Part shown: positions 1 to 7,604 of the stretch, piece after piece | How the letters are laid out: every line of letters begins with the position of its first letter | How positions within the stretch are numbered: position 1 is the stretch's first letter | IMG/VR virus record: IMGVR_UViG_3300025875_000785 | Location: 1-35,513 of that record | DNA length: 35,513 nucleotides | Reading direction: 5' to 3' (one strand) | DNA from: a virus | Taxonomy: Duplodnaviria; Caudoviricetes | Program-made: the position numbers and the translations under genes | The notes under the pieces: generated by a model | Database searches by the model: none | Told to the model about the DNA's origin: nothing | The model's input: the letters and a program-made list of their open reading frames with translations, nothing else

Positions 1-411
1 GTGGACGCGGTCACGATCGTCGAGGACGAGGTGCGTGAGCTGGTGCGCCGGCGTGCCCTCGACCCTGCGCGCGACCTGGACGGCGTCCGCCGCCTCGTCG
101 ACGAGGTCATCGCCGAGTACGACGACCGGGCGCTCACCGGCCTCCTGCCTGCGCTGGCCGACCCCGCCGCTGCGGCGCGCACGGTGCTGGACGCCGTGGC
201 CGGGCTGGGTCCGCTGCAGCGCTACCTCGACGACCCCGAGGTCGAGGAGGTGTGGGTCAACGAGCCGGGGAAGGTCTTCATCGCCCGCGCCGGCCGGTCG
301 GAGCTGACCACGACGATCCTCGGCGAGCAGGAGGTGCGCGACCTGGTCGAGCGGATGCTCAAGAGCTCCGGGCGCCGGGTCGACCTGAGCTCCCCGTTCG
401 TCGATGCGACG
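1..411 (+). pseudogene. cpaF: 5' fragment of host TadA/CpaF-family pilus assembly ATPase, interrupted by the prophage
   Basis: Translation carries CpaF N-domain motifs (GLGPLQRYLDDPEVEEVWVN; GRRVDLSSPFVDAT). The usual continuation (LPDGSR..., Walker A) is absent and unrelated sequence follows at about 412. Confidence 0.85.
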
Positions 412-504
412 GTGTCATGGGGAGGGTATTACTCCGCGTGTTCGCCGGACAGGGCCGGGCGGGCACACCTACGGTCGGCGCACCACCAAGCCGATGGAGT
501 CTCC

Positions 505-876
505 ATGTCGATGCAGCCGCACCAGCCGTACACCGGCACGCCCATGGGTGAGCCAGTCGAGTCCTCGACGATCCCTCAGCAGATGCAGCCGGCGCAGTCG
601 TGGGGCCCGCACCCGCCGCTGATCCGCCCCACGTCGGGCGCCGCGGTGGCCAGCCTCATCTGCAGCATCCTGTGGGTCTTCGGCCTCGGGTCGCTCCTGG
701 CGATCCTGCTGGCCATGGTGGCGTGGGGCGACACCGGCTCGGGCCGCAAGGGCGGGCACGGCCTGGCAGTGACGGGGCTGATCCTCGGGATCCTCGGCGC
801 GCTGCCGATGCTGCTGTTCCTGCTGGTCGCCTTCCTCGGGATTCTTGGCGTGGCTGGGGCGTCCACCGCTCCCTGA
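505..876 (+). CDS. DUF4190-like membrane protein (Pro/Gln-rich N-terminus, two hydrophobic segments)
   Basis: ATG 505 with GGAG at 496-499 and TACGGT -10-like hexamer at 470-475. Motif TSGAAVASLICSIL...GRKGGHGLAVTGLILG resembles DUF4190. Confidence 0.75.
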   Translation: MSMQPHQPYTGTPMGEPVESSTIPQQMQPAQSWGPHPPLIRPTSGAAVASLICSILWVFGLGSLLAILLAMVAWGDTGSGRKGGHGLAVTGLILGILGALPMLLFLLVAFLGILGVAGASTAP

Positions 877-877
877 G

Positions 878-1567
878 CTACGCCTTGCGCCGCGGGCGGC
901 GGCCGGGCTGCTCGGTGGCGCGCCCGGCGACGTGCTCGAGCGAGCAGTAGACGGCCATCCCGGAGCGGGACTCAGTGAGGCGGGCGATGCGGCCGGTGCG
1001 GTGCAGGTCGGACAGGACGGCCGAGTAGATGCCGTGGGTCCAGCGGCGACGCTTGCCGAGCTCGGGCCCGGTGATGCCGGCCTCGCCTGCGGCGTCGAGG
1101 TCGGCGACGGCGCGCTGCGTCTTGGTGAGCGGCCGGGCCTGCTGACCATCTGCCAGGAAGCCCCTCGGCCCAGCCGCTGGCTTCTGAGCGTAGGCCCGCC
1201 CGTCCAGTCCCACCACGGCTGCGCGGCCCTCCGGCCGGACGACCTTGAGGTCGGCGCGGACGGTCTGGTCGGACTTGAGGCCGAGTGCGGCCTGGATGGC
1301 GCGGGTGGACAGGCCCCCGTCGGCCCAGGCGCCGACGGCCTCGCGCCGGTCCTCGACGGGGATGCCGCGCAGCGCGGTCCCGACCTCGGCGGCGAGGTAC
1401 TCGCTCCACGTCGGGTAGTCGAGGGCGATCCAAGCGCGGCCGTCGTAGGCGCGCTGCACGAGCGCGACCAGGTCGCGGGCGACGCCGCGGATCTCGGCGG
1501 TGAGGGCGCGGGCCTCGTCGGGGGTGAGGTCGACGGTGGCCTCGACGATGACGGCGACGGCGCTCAT
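878..1567 (-). CDS. Phage DNA-binding protein with a central HTH and a C-terminal winged-HTH-like domain (229 aa)
   Basis: ATGA overlap with the upstream gene. Motifs RAWIALDYPTWSEY, GLSTRAIQAALGLKSDQTVRADL and GITGPELG...LSDLHRTGRIARL resemble actinophage HTH proteins. Confidence 0.7.
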   Translation of the reverse strand: MSAVAVIVEATVDLTPDEARALTAEIRGVARDLVALVQRAYDGRAWIALDYPTWSEYLAAEVGTALRGIPVEDRREAVGAWADGGLSTRAIQAALGLKSDQTVRADLKVVRPEGRAAVVGLDGRAYAQKPAAGPRGFLADGQQARPLTKTQRAVADLDAAGEAGITGPELGKRRRWTHGIYSAVLSDLHRTGRIARLTESRSGMAVYCSLEHVAGRATEQPGRRPRRKA

Positions 1568-1845
1568 GCGGCCACCTCGGCGTTCAGCCAGGCGAGGTCG
1601 GCGGTGAGGGCCTCGGCGGTGCGGGTGATGGACTGCCCGCTGCGGACGAACCAGGCGTGCACGTCGGCTCGGGTCCACAGGGGCTCCTGGCCGGCGTAGG
1701 GCAGGGCCACGCCGTGCGGGCCGCCGACGCCGAGGACGATCGCGCCGACCTTCGAGCCGAGGACGGTCTCGACGTCGTGGATGGTGATGACGGCGGGCGC
1801 GGGCGCCAGCTGGGGCGCCGGAGCGGGGCGGGTCTTGGTGGCCAT
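1564..1845 (-). CDS. Hypothetical protein (93 aa)
   Basis: Protein-like ORF MATKTRPAP...LAWLNAEVAA; stop overlaps the next start (ATGA). Confidence 0.65.
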   Translation of the reverse strand: MATKTRPAPAPQLAPAPAVITIHDVETVLGSKVGAIVLGVGGPHGVALPYAGQEPLWTRADVHAWFVRSGQSITRTAEALTADLAWLNAEVAA

Positions 1846-1861
1846 GCCCAACCATCGGCAC

Positions 1862-1915
1862 TGACTTACTTCTGCATCACCACTTGAGCTAGTGACGTGA
1901 GTCACATTCGCATCA
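1862..1915. promoter_or_regulatory. Two imperfect 18-bp direct repeats, putative operators
   Basis: TGACTTACTTCTGCATCA (1862-1879) and TGAGTCACATTCGCATCA (1898-1915), 13/18 identical, both TGA...TCA, in an AT-richer spacer. Confidence 0.5.
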
Positions 1916-2152
1916 GAGTCGGTGGCGTGCCTCGATGAGCAGTTCCTCGACATCGCGCGCCCCGAGCGCCAGGGCGACCGCGTCGAGCTCGTCGACGGTG
2001 AAGTCGCCCGTGCCGCGGAGCTTCCGCGAGAGCGTCGCCTGCTGGATGCCGGTGCTCTCGGCGAGGCCGCGGCCGGACAGGCCCTGCTCCGCCATGCGCG
2101 TCGTGACGACGGCCAGCAGGGCCTCGGTCAGCTCGCGGGTGATCTCGGGCAC
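1913..2152 (-). CDS. XRE-family HTH transcriptional regulator
   Basis: GLSGRGLAESTGIQQATLSRKLRG..FTVDELDAVALALG. TACCGT (2159-2164, minus strand) lies 6 nt before the GTG, suggesting a leaderless transcript. Confidence 0.85.
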   Translation of the reverse strand: MPEITRELTEALLAVVTTRMAEQGLSGRGLAESTGIQQATLSRKLRGTGDFTVDELDAVALALGARDVEELLIEARHRL

Positions 2153-2242
2153 GCCCGCACGGTACCCGGGTGCCGGCGGCGGCTTCCGTGACGACGAGCA
2201 GCCGTAGCACCGCGGGCCGCCATGGCCACGTTACGGGGTGGG

Positions 2243-2309
2243 ACCAATGCAAGCATCTTGCCGTTCTTGCTTGCATTGGTCGAGACGTCGCGCTTATGGT
2301 GCAAGCATC
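2243..2309 (+). promoter_or_regulatory. Promoter with 13-bp inverted repeat upstream of the P63C gene
   Basis: ACCAATGCAAGCA (2243-2255) / TGCTTGCATTGGT (2268-2280); third box TGCAAGCATC at 2300-2309; TTGCAT-N18-TATGGT at 2271-2300. Confidence 0.65.
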
Positions 2310-2329
2310 GACCACGGCGAGGGGTGCGC

Positions 2330-3349
2330 ATGACGAGCGACGAAGACGTGACGAGCAAGGCGTCGGGCAAGGCGGCGGGCGGCAGGGCCAGGGCGGCCGC
2401 GATGACCCCAGAGCAGCGGAAGGCGATCGCGAAGAAGGCGGCCGCGGCACGCTGGGACGAAGTGAGCGAGGCCATCTGCGGCTCACCCAACCAGCCCCTG
2501 CGACTGGGGGACGTCGACGTCGAGTGCTACGTGCTGGACGACGAGACGCGCGTGGTCACCCAGGCATCGTTCCTCAAGGCGATCGGAAGGCACCACAAGG
2601 CGAACACCCGCTACCAGGAGGGCGACGAGCAACTCCCGCCCATCCTGCAGGGCAAGGCCATCCGCCCCTTTATCAGCGACGAGGTCATCGCCGCCGCAAG
2701 ACCGATCACGTTTAAGCCGCCGAGCGGCGGACGCGCGAGCGGCTACCGCGCCGACCTGCTCCCCAAGGTCTGCGAGATCTACCTCAAGGCCCGCGACGCC
2801 GATGCGCTCCCGTATCAGCAGAAGCACGTCGCCAGGCAGGCCGACATCGTCATGCGCGCCCTGGCACACGTGGGCATCAACGCGCTGGTCGACGAGGCGA
2901 CCGGGTACCAGGAGGTCCGGGCCCGCGACGCCCTGGCGCGGATCCTCGAAGCGTTCGTCGACAAGGAGCTGCAGAAGTGGATCCGCACGTTCCCCGATGA
3001 CTACTACCGCGAGCTCTTCCGGCTTCGCGGGCTGGACTACCCGACGGGCACCAACTACAAGCCGCAGTACATCGGAAACCTGACCAACGACATCATCTAC
3101 AAGCGCCTCGCACCAGGTGTCCTCGAAGAGCTGAAGAAGAGGACGCCGCGCGACGAGAAGGGCCGACACAAGAACAAGCTGTTCCAGCGGCTCACCACCA
3201 ACGCCGGCTACCCGGCCCTGCGCGAGCACCTGGGCTCCGTGATCATGCTGATGCGCATGAGTCGCGACTGGGACGACTTCAAGCACAAGCTCGACCAGTG
3301 GCACCCCAAGATCGGCGACACCATGACCCTGCCGATCGAGGCGTCGTAG
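2330..3349 (+). CDS. P63C domain-containing protein (moron, opposite strand)
   Basis: N-terminal GGRARAAAMTPEQRKAIAKKAAAARW; CYVLDD.TRV; VDEATGYQEVR; C-terminal WIRTFPDDYYRELFRL...TNDIIYKRLAPGVLEELK, characteristic of P63C. Confidence 0.85.
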   Translation: MTSDEDVTSKASGKAAGGRARAAAMTPEQRKAIAKKAAAARWDEVSEAICGSPNQPLRLGDVDVECYVLDDETRVVTQASFLKAIGRHHKANTRYQEGDEQLPPILQGKAIRPFISDEVIAAARPITFKPPSGGRASGYRADLLPKVCEIYLKARDADALPYQQKHVARQADIVMRALAHVGINALVDEATGYQEVRARDALARILEAFVDKELQKWIRTFPDDYYRELFRLRGLDYPTGTNYKPQYIGNLTNDIIYKRLAPGVLEELKKRTPRDEKGRHKNKLFQRLTTNAGYPALREHLGSVIMLMRMSRDWDDFKHKLDQWHPKIGDTMTLPIEAS

Positions 3350-3375
3350 GTCGGCCGAGTCGGCGTGGTCCAGGC

Positions 3376-3415
3376 ATGACAAGGCGGCCCCGCCCTCCGA
3401 AGAGGACGGGGCCGC
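3376..3415 (-). terminator. Intrinsic terminator ending the late operon, possibly bidirectional
   Basis: 14-bp GC stem (3384-3397 / 3402-3415) with a cUUCGg loop on the minus strand, followed by CTTGTCAT; lies between convergent genes. Confidence 0.75.
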
Positions 3416-3429
3416 GGGTCGTGCTGGGG

Positions 3430-4044
3430 TCAGCTGTACTGCCAGAGGGCCGGGCTCGCCGTCGTGGAGCCGGTCGTGTTCGCCGGGGAGACGTGCCGGA
3501 CGTCGACGTGCTGCACCTTCCCCGTCGAGCCCTTGTAGCCGATCCCGGAGAACCGCCCGAGCGCCTTCACCTGCGAGGTCTTGGCGACCTGGGCGACGTC
3601 CGCCGCGGCGCCGTACAGGTGCTGGGAGCGGGCCGCCCCGCCGACGGAGGTGTTGTGCGCGACGCACCGGTACCCGGAGGTGACGACCAGCCCGCCCGGG
3701 TAGTGCTTCGCACGCAGCGCCTCCAGGGCGTCGATCAGCGCGCCGAGCACGACGATGCGCCGGCACCCGTCGTGCTTCCCGCCGCACTTGCACGTGAACT
3801 CGCCGTAGGAGAAGTGCGCGGACGCCGTGGAACCGCCCGCGCGGCGCGTGGCCTCAGAGCGGGCGAGGGCCGCGGTGGTGTGCGGGCCGACGATCCCGTC
3901 GACCCGGTCGTTGCCGAGCTCAGGGCCGAGCCGGTAGCCGCCCTGGAAGACCTCCACGGCCTGGCGGTACTCGGCGGTGGTGCGGATCCGAAAGCCGAGG
4001 GCGCGCAGGATGTCCGTGGCCTGGGCCTGGGTGAACGCGGTCAT
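3430..4044 (-). CDS. Endolysin: peptidoglycan-binding domain plus peptidase M15A-type catalytic domain
   Basis: VDGIVGPHT binding motif; HFSYGEFTCKCG, TSGYRC..HN..VGGA..SQHLYGAAAD, HVDVR. Confidence 0.88.
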   Translation of the reverse strand: MTAFTQAQATDILRALGFRIRTTAEYRQAVEVFQGGYRLGPELGNDRVDGIVGPHTTAALARSEATRRAGGSTASAHFSYGEFTCKCGGKHDGCRRIVVLGALIDALEALRAKHYPGGLVVTSGYRCVAHNTSVGGAARSQHLYGAAADVAQVAKTSQVKALGRFSGIGYKGSTGKVQHVDVRHVSPANTTGSTTASPALWQYS

Positions 4045-4457
4045 GCGCGGTGCTCGGCGGGCTCGCGGTCCATCTGGGCGAGGACCTCGGGCGTGAGGGC
4101 CTGGAGGGTGGAGGTGTCCAGGCGTTCGGCGTCCACGGCGTCGCCGCTGGTGTCGGCCTCCACGGGGTCGGCGACGTCGGCGACGCCCCGCTCCTCACCG
4201 GCGCCAGCCTCGGTGGCTGCCGCGGTGTAGGTGGGGGCGGTGCGGGCGCCGAGCAGCAGCCCGAAGGCGGGCACGTGCCGCTCCAGGAGCCGGGCGAGGA
4301 GGTAGTAGGCGGCGGTGATGATGCCGGTGGCGGCGACGACGAGGCCGGTGCGGGTGTCGGTGTCGATGTCCAGGCCGATGCTGGCGAGCCAGGTGGCGAG
4401 GGCGCCGACGGCGATGGGCACGTAGGTGCGCACGAGGGACAGCAGGAAGTCGGGCAT
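4041..4457 (-). CDS. Holin
   Basis: Two hydrophobic segments, SLVRTYVP...YYLLARLLE...GLLLG typical of actinophage holins; GGAGG RBS; coupled to the endolysin. Confidence 0.78.
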   Translation of the reverse strand: MPDFLLSLVRTYVPIAVGALATWLASIGLDIDTDTRTGLVVAATGIITAAYYLLARLLERHVPAFGLLLGARTAPTYTAAATEAGAGEERGVADVADPVEADTSGDAVDAERLDTSTLQALTPEVLAQMDREPAEHRA

Positions 4458-4476
4458 GCGGGGGAGGCCTCCGGGC

Positions 4477-5163
4477 TCAGGGCTTGGTGGTCGGGTCGGG
4501 GGGTTTGCCGGCGGGGCCGTAGAGCAGCTGCTCCCACTCGGGGATGACCCGCGGCTGCGCGGCGGGCTGCGCGGCGGGCTGGGGTGCCGGTTCGCGGGAG
4601 CCCCAGCGCAGCTCGTCGGTGAGGCTGGTGGCCGCGGTGGCGCTGTGGGGGGCGGGCGTGGCGGGCTGGGCGGTCCAGCGCACCGGTGCAGGCGGTGGGG
4701 GCTCGGGCAGTGCGTGAGCCTCACGCACTGCCTCGGGCTGCGCCGGCGGCGCGGGGGGCTGGTGCGCGGCGACCGGAGGAGGCGCCGCGGGTACGGCGGC
4801 GGGGACTGGTTCGGTGAGGACGTCGCGCAGCTCCTCGACGAGCGCGCGCACCAGTTCCGTCTCGGTGCGCTGCTTGCCGAGCTCGCGCTGCATGCCGCCG
4901 AGCTGTGGGTTGCGCTGCTCGCGCACCCACAGGACCACGAGGCTCAGGAGGGTCGCCAGGAGGCCGCCAGGGGCCGTGTAGTCGCGCACGAACTGCGACA
5001 CGGGGTAGCCGTTGAGGTCGAGCCAGGCGGCGACGGCGGTGAGGCCGACGATGACGAGGGCGCCGGCCCACACCAGGTGGGGGCCGAGAGCCTTGAAGCC
5101 GTTGCGGTCCGGGCGCCGCTCTCCCGGCTCGAGGTCGGGCAGGGGGGTGGTGTCGCGGGCCAC
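4477..5163 (-). CDS. Membrane protein with Pro/Ala-rich tail (lysis cassette)
   Basis: Two hydrophobic helices, a coiled-coil-like segment and a low-complexity C-terminus; GGGAG RBS. Confidence 0.7.
   Translation of the reverse strand: MARDTTPLPDLEPGERRPDRNGFKALGPHLVWAGALVIVGLTAVAAWLDLNGYPVSQFVRDYTAPGGLLATLLSLVVLWVREQRNPQLGGMQRELGKQRTETELVRALVEELRDVLTEPVPAAVPAAPPPVAAHQPPAPPAQPEAVREAHALPEPPPPAPVRWTAQPATPAPHSATAATSLTDELRWGSREPAPQPAAQPAAQPRVIPEWEQLLYGPAGKPPDPTTKP
4711..4727. promoter_or_regulatory. TGCGTGA-N3-TCACGCA palindrome, copy 1
   Basis: TGCGTGAgccTCACGCA; arms extend to 12 bp (4706-4732). Confidence 0.5.
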
Positions 5164-5232
5164 GGGTCTCCCCTCGGTGCGGCGAATCGGCGAAGGCGGG
5201 CGGCGTGCCCTCGGTGGGGCCGGTCCCGCTGG

Positions 5233-5352
5233 TCAGTGCACAGGTCGAGAGCTAGGCCTCTGGCCGCACTCGTAGCAGGGGACGCGACGACCGGTGCCGT
5301 CGTCCAGGGACTCCTCGCCCGCGCAGGCGGGGCAGAGCGCTTCGCTGCTCAC
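5233..5352 (-). CDS. Small zinc-finger-like protein (39 aa)
   Basis: GTGA overlap with the upstream stop; CPAC and CYEC pairs. Confidence 0.5.
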   Translation of the reverse strand: MSSEALCPACAGEESLDDGTGRRVPCYECGQRPSSRPVH

Positions 5353-5819
5353 AGCACCAGGTAGGTCGCCGAGATGGACAGGTGGTCGCCGGTGTTCACC
5401 GGCCCGGCGCCGTTCCACGACACCAGTGCCAGGATTCCGGTAGCGCCGCAGTAGTAGTTCGCGCCGCGGCCCAGTGAGGCGCTGCCGCACCCGAAGGCCA
5501 TGGCGGGCTGGAACGCGGCAGAAAGCTGCAGCACATCGGTGTTGGGCGCGTCGCCGGCGGCCTGCTGCGCGGTGGTGAGAGAGATCGCGGCGCCCGTGCG
5601 CACGAGGTCGGGGACCAGGATCTGCGCGACCCTGCCGCTCTTGCGCAGGAAGTACGACCCGTTGATGGACCACCCCGCCAGGGCGGTGACGCCCGAGGAC
5701 GTTGCCGTGACCTTGAAGAGCTCCTGAATCTTCGCGGCCATCCGGGCGGTGATGGTCAGGTCGGGGGCGTCGCCGGTCTCCAGGTACGGGATGGCGTCGG
5801 GGGTGGTCTGTCCTGCCAT
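5349..5819 (-). CDS. Minor tail protein
   Basis: Last gene of the tail block; AAGGAG RBS; beta-rich-looking C-terminus. Confidence 0.65.
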   Translation of the reverse strand: MAGQTTPDAIPYLETGDAPDLTITARMAAKIQELFKVTATSSGVTALAGWSINGSYFLRKSGRVAQILVPDLVRTGAAISLTTAQQAAGDAPNTDVLQLSAAFQPAMAFGCGSASLGRGANYYCGATGILALVSWNGAGPVNTGDHLSISATYLVL

Positions 5820-5831
5820 GGGGGCTCCTTC

Positions 5832-6125
5832 TCAGGTCGGGGTGGACGTGATCCGGCCGAGGATGAGCGGCGTGCCGCCGGTCAGGGCCAGGGCCACGAC
5901 GTCGTTGACCACCGGGGCGTAGGTAGCCAGGCGCGGGGCGCAGAGGTCTGCGCCGGCGTAGTTCACGAGGACCTGTGTGGTGTCGCCGGCGCCAGTGACG
6001 GAGACGACGACGGCGGGCCGGATCCGGGTGATGTCGCTGCTGGTGGCGATCGCGTCGGCCACCAGGTCGCGCAACTGGTCCAGCTGCGCGGCGGCGGCGG
6101 CGCCCAGGGGTCGGCGCCCGGCCAT
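5832..6125 (-). CDS. Minor tail protein (97 aa)
   Basis: TGATG overlap; RLATYAPVVNDVV...LILGRI motif seen in small actinophage tail-tip proteins. Confidence 0.65.
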   Translation of the reverse strand: MAGRRPLGAAAAAQLDQLRDLVADAIATSSDITRIRPAVVVSVTGAGDTTQVLVNYAGADLCAPRLATYAPVVNDVVALALTGGTPLILGRITSTPT

Positions 6126-7231
6126 CAGACCTCGCCCTCGGTGTCGCCCTCGGGGCGGGTGGAGCGGGTGCGGATCGTCTGCACCGGGTCCCCGGTCAGC
6201 GGCACGGTGACCTCCTCGACGAGGTGGCGTTCGCTGGTCAGCCCGGTGCGGTCGCGTGGCGGGTAGACCACGGAGATGACGTCGCCGGGGTCCAGGGCCG
6301 GGTTCATCGCCGCGGTCAGGTTCACCTGGGCGGCCAGTCCCTTCACGCGGCGCAGCAGCGCCGTCGCGGCGGAGGTGGCCTGGGTGGTGGTGGTGACCAG
6401 GGGGGAGGAATAGTACCGGGTGACCCGCCCGAAGGGGCCGCCCACGTAGGTGGGGGAGGTCGGGTCGGTGTCCTCGACGGTGAGCGGGGAGAACACGCTG
6501 CCGTCGAGCTGGGAGGGACGCACCGTGACCGAGTTGTAGGTGCGCTGGCGCGAGCGCTGCCGGTCGGCCTCGACGAGGACCCCCGTCAGGGAGTGGTCGA
6601 CCGACCATGCCGGGGTGCCCTTGGTGGTGGGGACCTCACGGACCACCAGCCGCCCGTCGCGGTCGAGGAACCCCTCGCAGCCGACGGAGGCGAGGAGCTT
6701 GGCCACGGCGTCGTCGCGGTCCTCCTCCCACACCTGTGCGCGGGTGACGGCGTCCGGGCCGTCGACGGAGGCCACGCCCACCGCGGTGGCCTCGCGGACC
6801 AGGCGTACGGCCTCGTCCAGGGCGCTGCCCCTGGTGGTCGTCGGGCGGGTGAAGCGCGCCCGCTGCACGCGCACCCACCCGTCCGGGGCGGTCAGCGATA
6901 TGCCGCCGCCGGGGGCGTAGCGCAAGGACTGCTCGTCGATGTCGAAGCGGCCGAGCGGGACCTGCTCGGTGGAGCGGTCCGGCAGGCGCATCACCCACGC
7001 CGGCCGCAGCTGGACCCCGGCCGGCGCGAGGGCGTCCCACAGGCCGCGCGCGGACGCGAGCTCCAGGTCGAGCTTGGCCCGTATGCCGGTGCCGGCGGTG
7101 TACGTGACGGCCCCACCGGTGACCTCCAGGGGCACGTCCAGGCGGGTGGCGCCGCGCCACGCGGAGACGACGATCTTGCGCTGGTAGCCCGAGCGCAGCG
7201 CGGCCAGGAACTTCGCGCTCACGGGGTACAC
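6125..7231 (-). CDS. Minor tail / baseplate hub-like protein (DUF5047-like)
   Basis: MYPVSAKFLAALR start, VPLGRF, GPFGRVTRYYSSPL, NPALDPGDVI motifs; position in the tail block. Confidence 0.75.
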   Translation of the reverse strand: MYPVSAKFLAALRSGYQRKIVVSAWRGATRLDVPLEVTGGAVTYTAGTGIRAKLDLELASARGLWDALAPAGVQLRPAWVMRLPDRSTEQVPLGRFDIDEQSLRYAPGGGISLTAPDGWVRVQRARFTRPTTTRGSALDEAVRLVREATAVGVASVDGPDAVTRAQVWEEDRDDAVAKLLASVGCEGFLDRDGRLVVREVPTTKGTPAWSVDHSLTGVLVEADRQRSRQRTYNSVTVRPSQLDGSVFSPLTVEDTDPTSPTYVGGPFGRVTRYYSSPLVTTTTQATSAATALLRRVKGLAAQVNLTAAMNPALDPGDVISVVYPPRDRTGLTSERHLVEEVTVPLTGDPVQTIRTRSTRPEGDTEGEV

Positions 7232-7232
7232 G

Positions 7233-7604
7233 TCACGCTCCCGCCAGCAGGTTCCATGCGGTGGCCACGGCGTTCACCAGGTCGGCGTCTTCCATCGCGG
7301 GCGCGCCCAGCAAGACGTAGGCGGTGACCACCGCGGAGTCCCCGGTGGCCACTGCCCACTGGGCGCGGGCGACCTCGCCGTCGGGCGCAGCGAGCACCGC
7401 ACGGGCGTACTCCCGCCGCACCAGGGCCGGGCGCCGGTCCTCGATCGGCACGTCTTGGCCGGGCCACGGCTCAGCCAGGACGGCGACCGCGGCGGTCACC
7501 AAGGCCGCGGCGAACCGAGGCCGCAGGGCCTCGTCGGCGCCCATCGCCGCGCGCGAGTCCAGGTCGATGGCCAGGCCGGGCCCTGCTGCCGGATCTGTGC
7601 TCAC
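7233..7604 (-). CDS. Tail-region hypothetical protein (123 aa)
   Basis: GTGA overlap; Ala-rich helical ORF ending DADLVNAVATAWNLLAGA. Confidence 0.6.
   Translation of the reverse strand: MSTDPAAGPGLAIDLDSRAAMGADEALRPRFAAALVTAAVAVLAEPWPGQDVPIEDRRPALVRREYARAVLAAPDGEVARAQWAVATGDSAVVTAYVLLGAPAMEDADLVNAVATAWNLLAGA

Noticed and set aside
1-876. Treating ORF 1..876 as one ordinary 291-aa gene
   Set aside because: It joins a truncated CpaF N-domain to a separate membrane gene that has its own RBS; reported as a junction instead.
2483-3793. 436-aa minus-strand ORF
   Set aside because: Antisense shadow of the P63C gene and off-frame to the endolysin; it crosses a terminator.
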